Shown here: piece by piece, positions 1-11,112 of the stretch
How the letters are laid out: each line of letters begins with the position of its first letter
Numbering within the stretch: position 1 is the first letter of the stretch
NCBI GenBank assembly: GCA_965645245.1
Contig: OZ287080.1
Span: 1-64,000, forward strand
Length of the DNA stretch: 64,000 nucleotides
Direction: 5' to 3'
From: Massalongia carnosa
Taxonomy: Eukaryota
The notes under the pieces: generated by a model
Database searches by the model: none
What the model saw: only the letters and a program-made list of their open reading frames with translations
What the model was told of the DNA's origin: nothing
Program-made: the position numbers and the translations under genes

Positions 1-169
1 ACCCTAACCCTAACCCTAACCCTAACCCTAACCCTAACCCTAACCCTAACCCTAACCCTAACCCTAACCCTAACCCTAACCCTAACCCTAACCCTAACCC
101 TAACCCTAACCCTAACCCTAACCCTAACCCTAACCCTAACCCTAACCCTAACCCTAACCCTAACCCTAA
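1..169. repeat. Telomeric repeat (CCCTAA)n, left chromosome end
   Basis: Uninterrupted CCCTAA array from base 1 to 169, C-rich strand on +. Confidence 0.99.
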
Positions 170-1188
170 GTGCTAAGGAACTGCGTGTTCAAGTATCACG
201 GCCTACCTAACTCCATAGTCACCGATCGGGGCTCGCTATTTACATCAAACTTCTGGTCATCCCTATGCTATTACATGAAAATAAAGCGTAGGCTAAGCAC
301 AGCCTTCCATCCACAAACAGACGGTCAGACAGAACGTCAAAATAGTACCATGGAAGCTAACCTTAGGTCTTACTGCCGTTTCGAGCAAGATGACTGGGTG
401 CAATGGCTCCCTACCGCTGAATTTGCATACAATAACACCCGTCATTCAAGCACCAAGCTCACCCCGTTCGAGGCTAATATAGGCTACCACCCAAGGATGA
501 GTTATGAAGATAACCAAGACCCTCGATCGAAGTCGAAGACAGCTGAGGAACAGGCTAAAAATCTACGCGATTTGTTAGCAGAGTTGAAAAATAACCTGCA
601 ATTAGCCCAAGACAATCAAGCCAAATATCACAATAGAACGGTGAAAGAACGTTGCTACGCTCCCGATGATATGGTTTGGCTAAACAGCAAACATATTAAG
701 ACGAAAGGAACAAGAAGCTTGAGCATAAGTTCTTGGGTCCCTTTAAGGTGTTGAGGCCTGTAGGCACTCAAGCTTACGAGCTAGAACTTCCGAAAAGTTG
801 GAAAATACACCCAGTCTTTCATGTGTCTCTGCTGGAAAGAGACACCACTAGAAGGGAGGTAGTAGACGAACAAATGGCTGAACAGCTTGAATTCGAAGAC
901 GATGACATGCAAGAGTATGAAGTAGAGTGCATACGAGATAGTGCAGTCTATGCAAAAGAAGCAGAAGACGGACGACCGGCTGGATTATATTATCTAGTGC
1001 ATTGGAAAGGTTATCCCGACGCGGAAGACACATGGGAGCCCGTCGCCGGCGTCAAACATCTACGAAAGCTATTGAGGGAATTTCATGAGAAAAATCCTAC
1101 CAAGCCAACAGCAAAGTCCACCCCTCAGGCCACTAGGACTCCCTCATTAGCGAAAGAAACAGAACGACGCACAAAGAGGACTAAATAA
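170..1188 (+). pseudogene. pol: 5'-truncated Ty3/gypsy pol: integrase core and chromodomain, frameshifted near 700-750
   Basis: IVTDRGSLFTS and STAFHPQTDGQTERQN integrase motifs; GPF and IHPVFHVSLL; chromodomain YYLVHWKGY...DTWEP; split over ORFs 170-754 and 733-1188. Confidence 0.93.
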
Positions 1189-1565
1189 GGCCAGCACTCT
1201 TTTCCTACCACCTGCCCACGAAAAAAGGTTGGAGGTTTTTAATGAGGCTGCGCTAGGAGCTCAGCAATGTGTTGCAGTAACGTCATGCTCGATTCCATCC
1301 AGGCCAGTAGCTCTTTTCCTAGCACCTTCCCTAGAAGGGAGGTGGGAGGTTTTTAATGAGGCTGAGCCAGAGCATCAAGTTATGTTATCCTAATATCTTC
1401 CAAGCTCTTACAAATCCCAACTCTTGCTAGCCTGCATTCAAGCGGCCATCGACGTTAAAGCCATCGGCACGATTAACCGCTTGCAATTACCACGCGATGA
1501 TGGGCTGAACGCACGAACTACCTGGGATGAATTTCGCAGGAGCTCATTACTAGAAGGGAGGTAAT

Positions 1566-2063
1566 TGTAATAGCGCGGCAATACAGGACTGCGCTAGCTC
1601 CTGGGATGACTCACCCAAGAAGACCGGGTGACTGATAATCCGGATGCTTGGTCATGATAAGGCGGATAGCAATACTAAGCCATCAGCAATCAGCCTTACC
1701 AGTTTGTTAGGCAGCAACTGAAGCTATTCAGATAAGCCTCGATCTCATGGGAGGCCTGGGACGCCTAGGAGACCTCAGCTGAAGGCAACAAGGCTATCTG
1801 CTAGACCTCAGCTGAAGGCAACAAGGTTATCTGCTAGACCTCAGCTGAAGGCAGCAAGGCTATCTACTAGACCTCAGCTGAAGGCAACAAGGCAGACAGG
1901 TAACCAGACAAGTAGTTAGTAAATAGGACCCCAAGGGGTATATAGAAAGCTCGATTCCCATCTTCAGGGAATCAGCTTTTAGCTTTAGCACCTACCAATC
2001 TATTAGCAGTCACACTGAGCATTATAACCCATAAGGACTAGTGTCTACTGTCCCTCTTATACA
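1566..2063 (+). mobile_element. 3' LTR of the telomere-truncated gypsy element
   Basis: TGTAA...TATACA termini; preceded by polypurine tract AGAAGGGAGG (~1552-1561); TATA-like TATATA near 1938; interrupts the ORF to its right. Confidence 0.85.
1771..1893 (+). repeat. 33-bp tandem repeat (about 4 copies) within the LTR
   Basis: GACCTCAGCTGAAGGCAACAAGGCTATCTGCTA units start at 1771, 1804, 1837 and 1870. Confidence 0.9.
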
Positions 2064-2657
2064 GCCTCGCGACCCTGGGCTTGATGATCTACTACGTCGT
2101 CATCTTCTGGCTCGTCGTCTGCCGCCGCGCCATTAGCTGCCGACTCGACACTCTGTCCAGCCATCAGCTCTTCAAGCTCATCTAGGCTTTTCTGCCGGAT
2201 CTCCTCGAGCATCTTCAGCCTCGGTCGATTCCCACGCTCCCAGAGAGGCTCGAGTCCCCCATATCCTATGCTCATCTTTCCGGCAACCCAGAAATCCTCC
2301 TGCCCACTGGCCAGGACCCCCTCCACCTTGAATGCGGCTAGGAGCTGTGCCCTGCCCCATCGCGGCTCTTCCTGGGAACGTCCAAATGTTTGTGCCCGGG
2401 CACGGCTCAAAAGACTATACAGCGTTGAAGGAGGGTGCTTGAACGGGACTTCGGCATGCGCTGGGTCTGCGTAGACCATCGAGAACCACATTATCTGCCG
2501 CCTAAGTCCCCGGCTCTGACTGGTCTTGGTCGACGTAATGAGACCCCGATTAGACGGGTATGGAAGGATCCAGTGCGTCAGCCGGATGAGGTGTAAAAAG
2601 TCATCAAGCCATCGATCCGCCCGGCCGTACCCAAGACGCTGTTCTAGCATCACGAAC

Positions 2658-2919
2658 TGATGAATAGTAAAATTCACGTGTAGGTATAATAGCATGATTG
2701 TCATTGAAGGTAATTATCTATGTGGGCTGTCTACCTGCTTTTATAGCAGTCACATAACAGTAATGCTGTAGGCCTCCCATAGCTGCCTGTTAGGCACCTC
2801 CATATCTGCCTGTTAGGCACCTCTTATAGATGCCTGGCAGGCACCCGTGGGACTCACGATGGATGCCTATATTGATGGTAGCCTAACCATCTAACCGATG
2901 GTAGCCTCACCATTTAACA
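2658..2919 (-). mobile_element. Solo LTR (262 bp), TSD CGAAC
   Basis: TG...CA ends; CGAAC at 2653-2657 and 2920-2924; about 55 bp at one end is the reverse complement of 3827-3881. Confidence 0.9.
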
Positions 2920-3637
2920 CGAACGTCTTGTTCAGGATCACGCGGTATGGCTTGTTACCCCAGCCACGCCGCTCTTCCTCATCGGATAGGAATAGGAAGT
3001 TGAGGAGACCTATAGCCTTGTCGAACCGCATCTTGTTCCCGGTGACCATGTGCGGTGAACCTGGCTGTCCAGTAACTGCGTCGACTAGGAACATCCTCTT
3101 CATGTCACGGTAGCAGCAGAACCTAAACTCTGCAGGCGGCTTTGCACCTTCGCGTCTTAGCTCCTTAGTCTGCTTTTTGATATTGTGCATGGCCTTCCAG
3201 ATATCTGCGTCAAACTGCTCGAGGTTAAGAACGTGAAGGTACTCCAGCCAGGACTTCAGCAATCGAGGGTTCTCCTGCACATTGTACCTCTCATACCATG
3301 ACGCCGCTTGGTTGAAACGAATGAAGACGTCGCGGAGATCCTTTACTGCTCTCCACCTCCGCTTATACTCCTTGTGCATAAGCATGTTCCCAACCAGGAT
3401 GTTCTCACCATGTGGTGCTGCTAGTCGCCACGTCTCCCAGTTGATCTTAGGCTTGAACCACCCTAACCCGGATAGCTCTATACTCTCCTTCATCCCGAGT
3501 CCTTCCTTGACGATGGTCTTCCCTCCTCGTACAACCCTCCACCGGTCCTTAAACAGTAGGGACTCTCGCGCCAGCATATTTCCACCGTAGCAGAAGCGGA
3601 GTCCCCGCAGCGCAACAACCATGATGATGGTCTCAGA

Positions 3638-3881
3638 TGTCAGATGGTAAGGACTACCATCATGGGCATTCATCAAGTGCTTATCTTCGGCGACTCTACC
3701 ACGGGGACCGAGGTGACCTCCGGGGACCGAGATTCAGTGGACCGGCTGACTCATTATTAAAAGGGTCGCCGAAAGGTCTCCAATGTGACTGCTATATAAT
3801 GCAGTAGATAGCTGACATATAATTCATACCTTCAATGACAATCATGCTATTATACCTACACGTGAATTTTACTATTCATCA
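3638..3881 (+). mobile_element. Solo LTR (244 bp), TSD TCAG(A/G), related to 2658-2919
   Basis: TGTCAGA...TCATCA; TCAGA at 3633-3637 and TCAGG at 3882-3886; removal restores YSLPETIIMVV. Confidence 0.88.
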
Positions 3882-6637
3882 TCAGGCAAGGAGTACGTCT
3901 TAGCTGTGTGGGCAAGAACATGCTCGAACAGGAAGCAGTATTTATTGATCTGGGCGTGGAGGAGGCATACAAAGTCGATTGTAGGTACAATGTAATATGC
4001 CAGTGGAGACGGGGTGTCTGCTATGTCGTCTGCGTCGTAGAGGTCCACTGGTTCCACTGTTCATATATCTCCTCCATCATGCTTAGTGATATCCGATGTT
4101 CTTCCCTCACTCCATAAGACTTCCAGCGACTGTCCATGAGGTTTGCATGAGCCCGCTTCTTGCTGTGGAGATAGGCAAACTCGCACACACCCCTAGAGAA
4201 CGTGATACCTCCACCCTCCTGTTGCAGAGAACGCACATATCCAGGGTCCAGGTCTAGGTTCTCCACCGAGTCGTTAGTAAAGACGTACACTTTCGAAGAG
4301 TCGAATAAAGTCTTGGCGAGCATATAGAATGAGAATCTATTAGCCCGTCCTTGGTCTCGTCCCCCTGCGGTGCAGCAAACAGCGTCTGGCTCATCGTATC
4401 TCGCATGGTAGCCCAGGAGTATACAGTACGCTTCGGGTTCCCTTTAGCCTTGCTTCCATCCGGGTTGAGGACCATCCTCGTCCTGCAATACTCATCTAGG
4501 CAGCACTTCTTCCACAGGAACACCTCGGCTTCGTGGTTCTCTGGTTTCTGATTATAAGGAAGCGCGCTGTCCTGTGAGGTGATCTGCTTTGCAATGTCCA
4601 CAAAGGTGCGATCTGGGTTGTAGAATTCCGGATCTGCTGCATCCAGCCACTGCCTCTTCCAGCCATTGTATGCTTCGACCAAACCAGTAGAGTCATTAGT
4701 TGCCAGCTTGGTGTTCTTGGAATGCGTGAACAGTGTTGCGCCTTGGAACCGATGAAACCCAGGATTCTCATCTATGGTCCTACCAACCAAGGTCCAGAGC
4801 TCATCGAAGTACCGCGGCTGGATCGTATGGGCAACTAACTGCTGGTTGGCAGACTCCTTCCGTTTGAGGCTCTCTGCAGATATCGCCGTGTATGCAAGGT
4901 CGGCTATGCGAGAAGAAGCCGGATAGTTCAGCAGTATGTTGGAAGACTTAACAACCTTGGTGATACAGGGAAGGAGGATGCCATCCAACCAGAGCTGCTC
5001 GTCGCGCTTACTGAGATACGAGGTATGCTCATGATCGCTTTCTTTGTGCAGGGCGGGAAAGTAGATAAACATGAGAAGATCGCTCATGCCAACCAAGCGC
5101 CCAAAGCAGTAGTGGGATATCTTATGCAGCGGGATATATCTTAGGAATGGATTGTTCATGATCGTGGAACCAGGGACCTTCAACCCAAAGTGTATGTCGC
5201 CCGTGAGATTGAGGACGGGATGGGCCTTGGGGAACCACTCTATCCCACGACGGGCAAACCCGAGACTCTGGGGGAAACAACAGGTGCTGTCGATGTCAAA
5301 ACTGACCCTTGATTGACGATTCTTCCGACTTGTAACGTGTTTCTTGGACAGGCAAAGACTCGGAGGTAGTCCATCATTATGGGGAGTGGCTTCGTCCAGG
5401 CGAGCACTAGCAGTGCCTTCGAATGCCGCCTTGTAGCCGACACCCTGGATATCGGTTGCTCTCATCAGTCGGGGACTTTTGAGGACATCGGGAAGCGGAG
5501 TGCCCCCATTGTGTAACCCTTTAACAATGGAAGTAATATCAGGTATGGATGAGCACTCTGAGTGCACACCTCGGCGTCGGTGGTGTTCTTCATGCTGGCG
5601 ATCGGCTTCGGTATGCTGCTCATGAGTGCAGCACCGGAATTTACGTAGCTACTTGGCCAGCTTAGAGGATGTGCTCTCTAGTTTACCAGGGCTCGGATTT
5701 GCGATGTGGGCACTCTGCGCGCTACGCGGTGCCTGCTGTACTGCTGGTTGTGGACTTTGGCCTAGGGGGGGTTCTCTTGAAGGCACGGGTGGTGGTGCTT
5801 CGACGGATCCAGCAGGTTGATGAAGATCTGAGGGCGTAGGTGTAGATATAGCAATGCTTGGAGATGGGCGTGAAGTGGGCGAAGTAGGGTTAGAATCGAC
5901 ACCTGTCAAAGGCTTCATCCATGATAATAGCGTGTTTCTCTGCGTTGGGAACGAAGTCCCACGTCTACTACTGACTGGTGCTACTTGACTGAGCCTTGGA
6001 AGTCCTGCTGTGACTGCGTTGTGTATCTGCAGTATGCGGTGAACTGCCCTGTTGTATATCTGTATTCGGTGGACTATGAATTGGTGTGCTGTTGTGTCTA
6101 GGTGCTGATGATTCGACATCACTAAACTGCTGGGCGGCGTAGTCAGAATACAGTGACCCGGTCTTGCTGCTCTCCTACCTCTCTTGTTGCCCAATTCGTA
6201 GTGCCTGGAGCACTTCTGCTGCCTCGAGATGGGCTGCCGACTCCTCCAAGCGTGCCGTGACCTCCACATCATAGTCTGCGTCTTCAATATTTGTCACCTT
6301 CTCTGTGCATATTTTCTCAACTTGTCGAATGATTTCGGGCTCCTCGTGTAGGGTATTTGGAGTTGCAGTTCGAGGGGGTTATCCTGGGTTAGGTATGCTT
6401 CGGGTTCAAGCTCTTCCTCACAGTCTTCTACTATATCGCGATCCGGGGGGGTTGGTATGTCTGGGCTGCTTCGCAGACCAATGGCACGCAGGGTGTAGCT
6501 AGGAATATCGGATGTAGGTAGAGGCTCGTAGGCAACAAAGTCGGCGGAACCTGCAAGACCAACTGGGCGCGATGGATTGTGGTAATAGCCTCGATTCTGC
6601 CGTCTCTTGGCCACTGCAGCTTCATCAGCAGTAGAGT

Positions 6638-7126
6638 ACTTTCGAGGCCTACCACATAATTTTTTCAATGTCTCCGTAGAAGGCATGATCGGGAAGAGTG
6701 ACGCTAAGCAGTCGAAGTCCTAGAGATGAGGAATTTAGGAAAAAACCCTATTTCGGTTAGCGCGGTAGGTGACACGAGAAAACATCAATAAAATCCACCA
6801 GAACGGCAGCTAAGAATGTAAAATCAATGACAGGTCTAAGTTACTCATCGCATGATCACATTATTCACATCATCGCATGATCGATCACTTCTCGTAGTTA
6901 GGATTTGGATTAATATGAGAAATACAGGAAAAAACCCGAATTCGGTTAGCGCGGTACCGTGCTCCAGCAGACATGACATCTCCTCTTTGAATCATCAAAA
7001 CGCAACCAACAATGCTTACAATGGTTAACGACTGAATGAGAATGACGGTTGAAGTCCTTGCCGATTGATTGCGCCGAAATAATCCTCCACTTGTGTTCTA
7101 GCCTTCACCCCGGATTCCGACATGAT
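6638..7126 (-). repeat. 5' end, promoter region and ORF start of unclassified element copy A; direct repeat of 15027-15520
   Basis: About 490 bp of strong identity with 15027-15520, ending at ...CCGGATTCCGACAT(G/C)AT; two AAAACCC..TTCGGTTAGCGCG subterminal repeats. Confidence 0.9.
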
Positions 7127-10100
7127 GTCGCCAATACGGCTCCGAGTCGAGGTGCTCACTCAAGCATGCCCGGCGGCACTCCTGCCCGAGGAGGTAGCGG
7201 TGCAGCGCTCTTCTCTCGACCGCGGTACTCTCAGCGGCTTGCGGCTTCCATGTAGGTGAGAGGAGGACTAGCGAGTACGCCTCCTTTCTATCCCGCCCGG
7301 CCCGACCAGACTCAGGGGCGAAGTCGACTAAAGACGACGGCTCCCTGACATGCACAACTAAACAAACGTGGGCATAGTCGAAGCCAGCGCTTAGTGCAGA
7401 TGTGGCCACCATGTACGGCTGGTCCGAGGAGGCAAGCCACATTCTCAGCAGCTCCTCCTTCTGCTCAGCCGTGCCTATATCAGCTGTGTACTGGGAGCAG
7501 CAGAGTAGCTCAGCCAGCGTAGCAGCATCTTCCTTTGTCCGAACGTATAAGATAATCTTATCTCGAGCCCGATCCAAGAGCTGGCTATTCTCCTACGCCT
7601 CCCTTGCCCTCCGCGCGCCCTCTTCGAGCAGACTCCCTCGCCCAGTGGCCCACTGTACCATATAGAACAGATTTCGCCGGTTCGTCGATGCTCGAATCAC
7701 CTTGGGGTTCACCAAGTTGTTCTGCTCTTCAAATCTAGCTTGTATTGTCGGTGGTAGAGTAGCTGTTAAGTAAACAAACTGCGTACGGACGTTGAGGATC
7801 AGGGCGAGGTCAACCATAGCCTCACGATAGTCGGACGCTGTGATAGTCAAGTGAGCCTCGTCCAATACAATGCGCCCGAGGTCTTGCGTAGCCGCGAGCT
7901 TGTGGGCCTAAGTCCGAAACTGTTCCGTACATGCTGCTTCAACTGTGACAAACACCAAAGGCGCATCTCTTTGCTCGCTAGGCGACCACACCGAGTAATC
8001 GATCCCCAATTCTCCAACTCGGTGGAGGAGATCTCCTCGTAAAGATACGAGTGGCAAGACCAAGATCGTCACCCCAGCGTCCGGGAGGATGCAAGGCAGC
8101 ATGAAGAGCAGGCTCTTCCCTTCGCCAGTAGCCATGATAACTACTACCTGCTTAGTCCATGACATGATAGTAGTCATAGCCCGCTCCTGCGCTGCTGACT
8201 TCCACTTCAGCGTGTTATCTAGGTGCAGCTTTCTTGCACTGTTCAGCAGAGCCGCAGCTGACCACTTCTTCCGTGGCCGGTAGACCCCCATGGCGATCTT
8301 CTTGAGCATTTGCGGACCACCAATGTCTTCACCATCCCGCTTCCTCTTCCCAGCAGGTCCAAGCAGCTGGTCAAGCCTCCAGAAGTCCTTTTACAGAGTT
8401 GAAGCACGCAGATTTCGGCGGATAAGGCCATCCCACACGTTCCCAAAGTTAGCATTGTGTTGGTTTGCATATGCCCGGTTGACAGTCCGCGTACTATGGT
8501 TCCGCTGCTTGGTCATAATCCGAATGTCCGCCTCGATCTCTTCGGCATCCTCGTTGTTAGCCCCCTCGTCAACCTCAAAGCACCCAACGTCAGCTGCAAA
8601 CTTAGTTTTGACGATATTGACCGTCATCTGCCGCCAGTTGGCAATGTGTAGCCGGGGGACGCTGGCCCGACTACACGCCTGCTCCATGCACCGCGTGAGC
8701 CGGTTGTCAGCCCAGACCTTGCCGTCTTGCCACCACAAGTATGGAGAGATAAGGGCATGCGGGGCAGACCGGCGGAGGAAGACCTAGAGGAGCGGGACTA
8801 CAACTACCAAGTAGTCCAGCAAGAGGTCTCCAATAGGTGCAGGCAAGAACCGGATATTATCCTTAAACTTGCCCGTCTGCTGCTGACCTTTGTGGTATGT
8901 GGTGTGCAGCATGACTAGCCCGTGCTTGAGGTAGACGCTTCGCCGCCGCTGGGTGTTACGCCAGGTGACGGAGAACAGTTCGCTCTCGCGCAGAGTCTGG
9001 CCAGAGCCCATGTGGATCAAGACTAAGAGCCTTTTCAGGAACTCGTTAGCCACGGCCTCATATCGTTCAATCGCTTTCTCCCGCCAGACCTTAGCGCCAT
9101 CCGCGTTGGCATCCAGGAACGAGTCCCGCAACGGCTTCGAGGCTTGGATAACGGTTAGCAAAGACCTCGCCAGTGGCTTTACCAGCTCAACCTTCACCCG
9201 GTGCTGGCCAAAGAACCAGCCAAAGGCATCGGCGTCTAAGTTGTCCTTTAATGCCCAAGCACGCATCCGCGGAAGGTTCTGGGTCCCGAACATCAGCTCG
9301 TCGTAGAGTAGGTGCTGGGCTTGCTGGAACTCGGAGAGTAAGAGCCGCGGCACGTGATCCATATGCAAATAAACGTCTCGGTAGGTCAGGACCTTCTCGT
9401 CCACATCCCACTGCGCTTGGTGCGGCCCAATAACCGCCTTCGAGACAGTAAACAGCAGCAAGCGCCAGCCGAGGATCTCGCCCATAGGAGTCTCGGTGTC
9501 CTGCTTCAAGAACTGCCCGCAATACTGCTCAATGCGCTCGAGTGTATCCCCTAGCTCCGCCTTCTCCAGACAGGCGCTGGCGTGGAAGATGATTAGCTGC
9601 ACAATCCAGATTACGCCAGACAAGCAGCTATTGTAATTGCCCGGCTCCTTCCAAGTCTTGGTGTGTGGCTTGACGCTGAGCATGGCGCAGAAGCTGAGCA
9701 GTGAGGAGCTTTACCGATTGCCTCCAAATTCGTGGCAGATCAGCGCCATTGAGAGCACCGACATGGCCTTTCTCAGCGCAGGCCCTTCTTGCTCGACGGC
9801 ACTTTGGAAAGCCACTTCCCACGCATTCTCCTGAGCACCCGTGAGCTGGATATGGCTCTCGGGGGTCCGCTGGTCGCTGTCGGCCGCGGTGAAGTGGTCG
9901 CCCCGGTAGGCCACCCGGTAGCTGTAGGTCAAGAACTGCTTCCAGTAGCCGAAGTTGGTCTTGAGCGTATTAGGCTCCTTCTTCGGGTCGAACGCGCGTC
10001 TTCTGCCCTGGGGCAGCGGCAGTATGGAAGCGGCTCAACGCCAGCTGCCGTGGCCAGGTCAGCATGCAGTCGGGGCCATCGAAGCACCAGCTGTGCACCT

Positions 10101-10842
10101 CTAGAAAGATCTCGTCCATCACCTCTAGCATCAGGAACAGCTCGGGCTCGCTCTCGGCAGCCTTCGGTACTGCAAAAGAGGCGTGCATCTCGTCCTTCTT
10201 TAAGCCCCGCGTGTGCTCCTCGATGCCCGTCCGTCTCAACCACGGCACCACAGCGGATCGGTGGCCATCGACGCCATGAACGAGGTTGGCCTCTGCCTTA
10301 GCATCCTCCTCTGCAACAGCGGCGTCCTGGTCGAGCAGCTGAAAGAAGTCTTCGCCCCCTGAACCCAAGCTATCAGCGCTCCTGTATCCGGAGCTCCCTG
10401 GCGCCTCGGCTCTTCCCTCATCCTCTACCACAAAATACCGAACTAAGCGATTCTCGGCAAAGAAAGTCTGGAGTTTGCAAGACCGCCAGAGGGGGTTCTT
10501 CTTATGCCATGCAGGCTTGATTTGGTGGGCTTTTGACACGTGCCGTTCGATAGCTTGGAGGCTTTGGGTAAGACCAGACGCGCAGGTCAAGCACTGGAAA
10601 CCGTCGAGAAGCCGTAATCCGGGGATCGAGTGGGCCGGCAGCTGCGCGAGCTCCGGCTCCGGCGCGCAGAGGTCGTAGCTCTCGAACAGCTCGACCTGGG
10701 CCTGGAGCTCGGGGCCCTTCAAGCAATGCGGTGCTTGCCTCAGGTGCCGAACCCAAACGCCGCGACCGGGACGGAGGCCAAAGCCGCACTCTTCACACAC
10801 CAGCACCCGCCATTCCGGCAGATAGACAAAACGGGCGCTCAT
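7127..10842 (-). pseudogene. Telomere-linked helicase (TLH-like): N-terminal DUF3505-like Zn region, central tyrosine-recombinase-like region, RecQ helicase; frameshifted and 3'-truncated
   Basis: RVLVCEEC...HLR and CLTC...ERHVSKAH at the N-terminus; helicase motifs MATGEGKS, LPLVSL, DEAH, LTATLPP, VATSALSAGFD, ESGRAGRD and CRR..LS.HLD; subtelomeric position. Confidence 0.88.
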
Positions 10843-11055
10843 GATCCTCTCCCTATGCCCTAGCCGCTTCTCAGCTCCCTCGTGGGGCGATTAGAGGTCG
10901 CGTTGCCAGCGACGGGGATTCTCGTGTTATGGTGCACGTTTTACGGTGCAGCGGTGCGTGCCGACGCCGAAGCGGAGGGAAATCAGCCAATCACACCTTA
11001 CGCGTTTCGTGTTACGCCGCACAACGGGCGATTTCTACAGGCAGATCGTACCAGA

Positions 11056-11100
11056 GGGCTCCTCATGCAGGAAATTTGGAGTTGCAGTTCGAGGGGGGTT
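11056..11100 (-). repeat. Short remnant of the unclassified-element ORF (copy B), homologous to 6337-6380
   Basis: GGGCTCCTCATGCAGGAAATTTGGAGTTGCAGTTCGAGGGGGGTT versus GGGCTCCTCGTGTAGGGTATTTGGAGTTGCAGTTCGAGGGGGTT. Confidence 0.85.
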
Positions 11101-11112
11101 AGGGTTAGGGTT
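11096..11112 (+). repeat. Short interstitial telomeric tract GGGTTAGGGTTAGGGTT
   Basis: Almost three TTAGGG units exactly at the junction between the copy B remnant and the end of the YR gene. Confidence 0.75.

Larger units (their letters stand above)
2064..6686 (-). pseudogene. Large ORF of unknown function with N-terminal AT-hook-like GRPRKY (unclassified element, copy A); broken by frameshifts and two solo LTRs
   Basis: ORF pieces 6294-6686, 5649-6287, 4254-5567, 4021-4323, 3872-4057, 2891-3676 and 2057-2704 join once the LTRs are removed (e.g. ILNKTFV|MLEQRLGYG) and are colinear with the paralogue at 15521-18646. Confidence 0.85.

Noticed and set aside
2658..3881. A single TIR DNA transposon with 55-bp inverted ends
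   Set aside because: Each end is a separate solo LTR with its own TSD, and the interior is the colinear host ORF.
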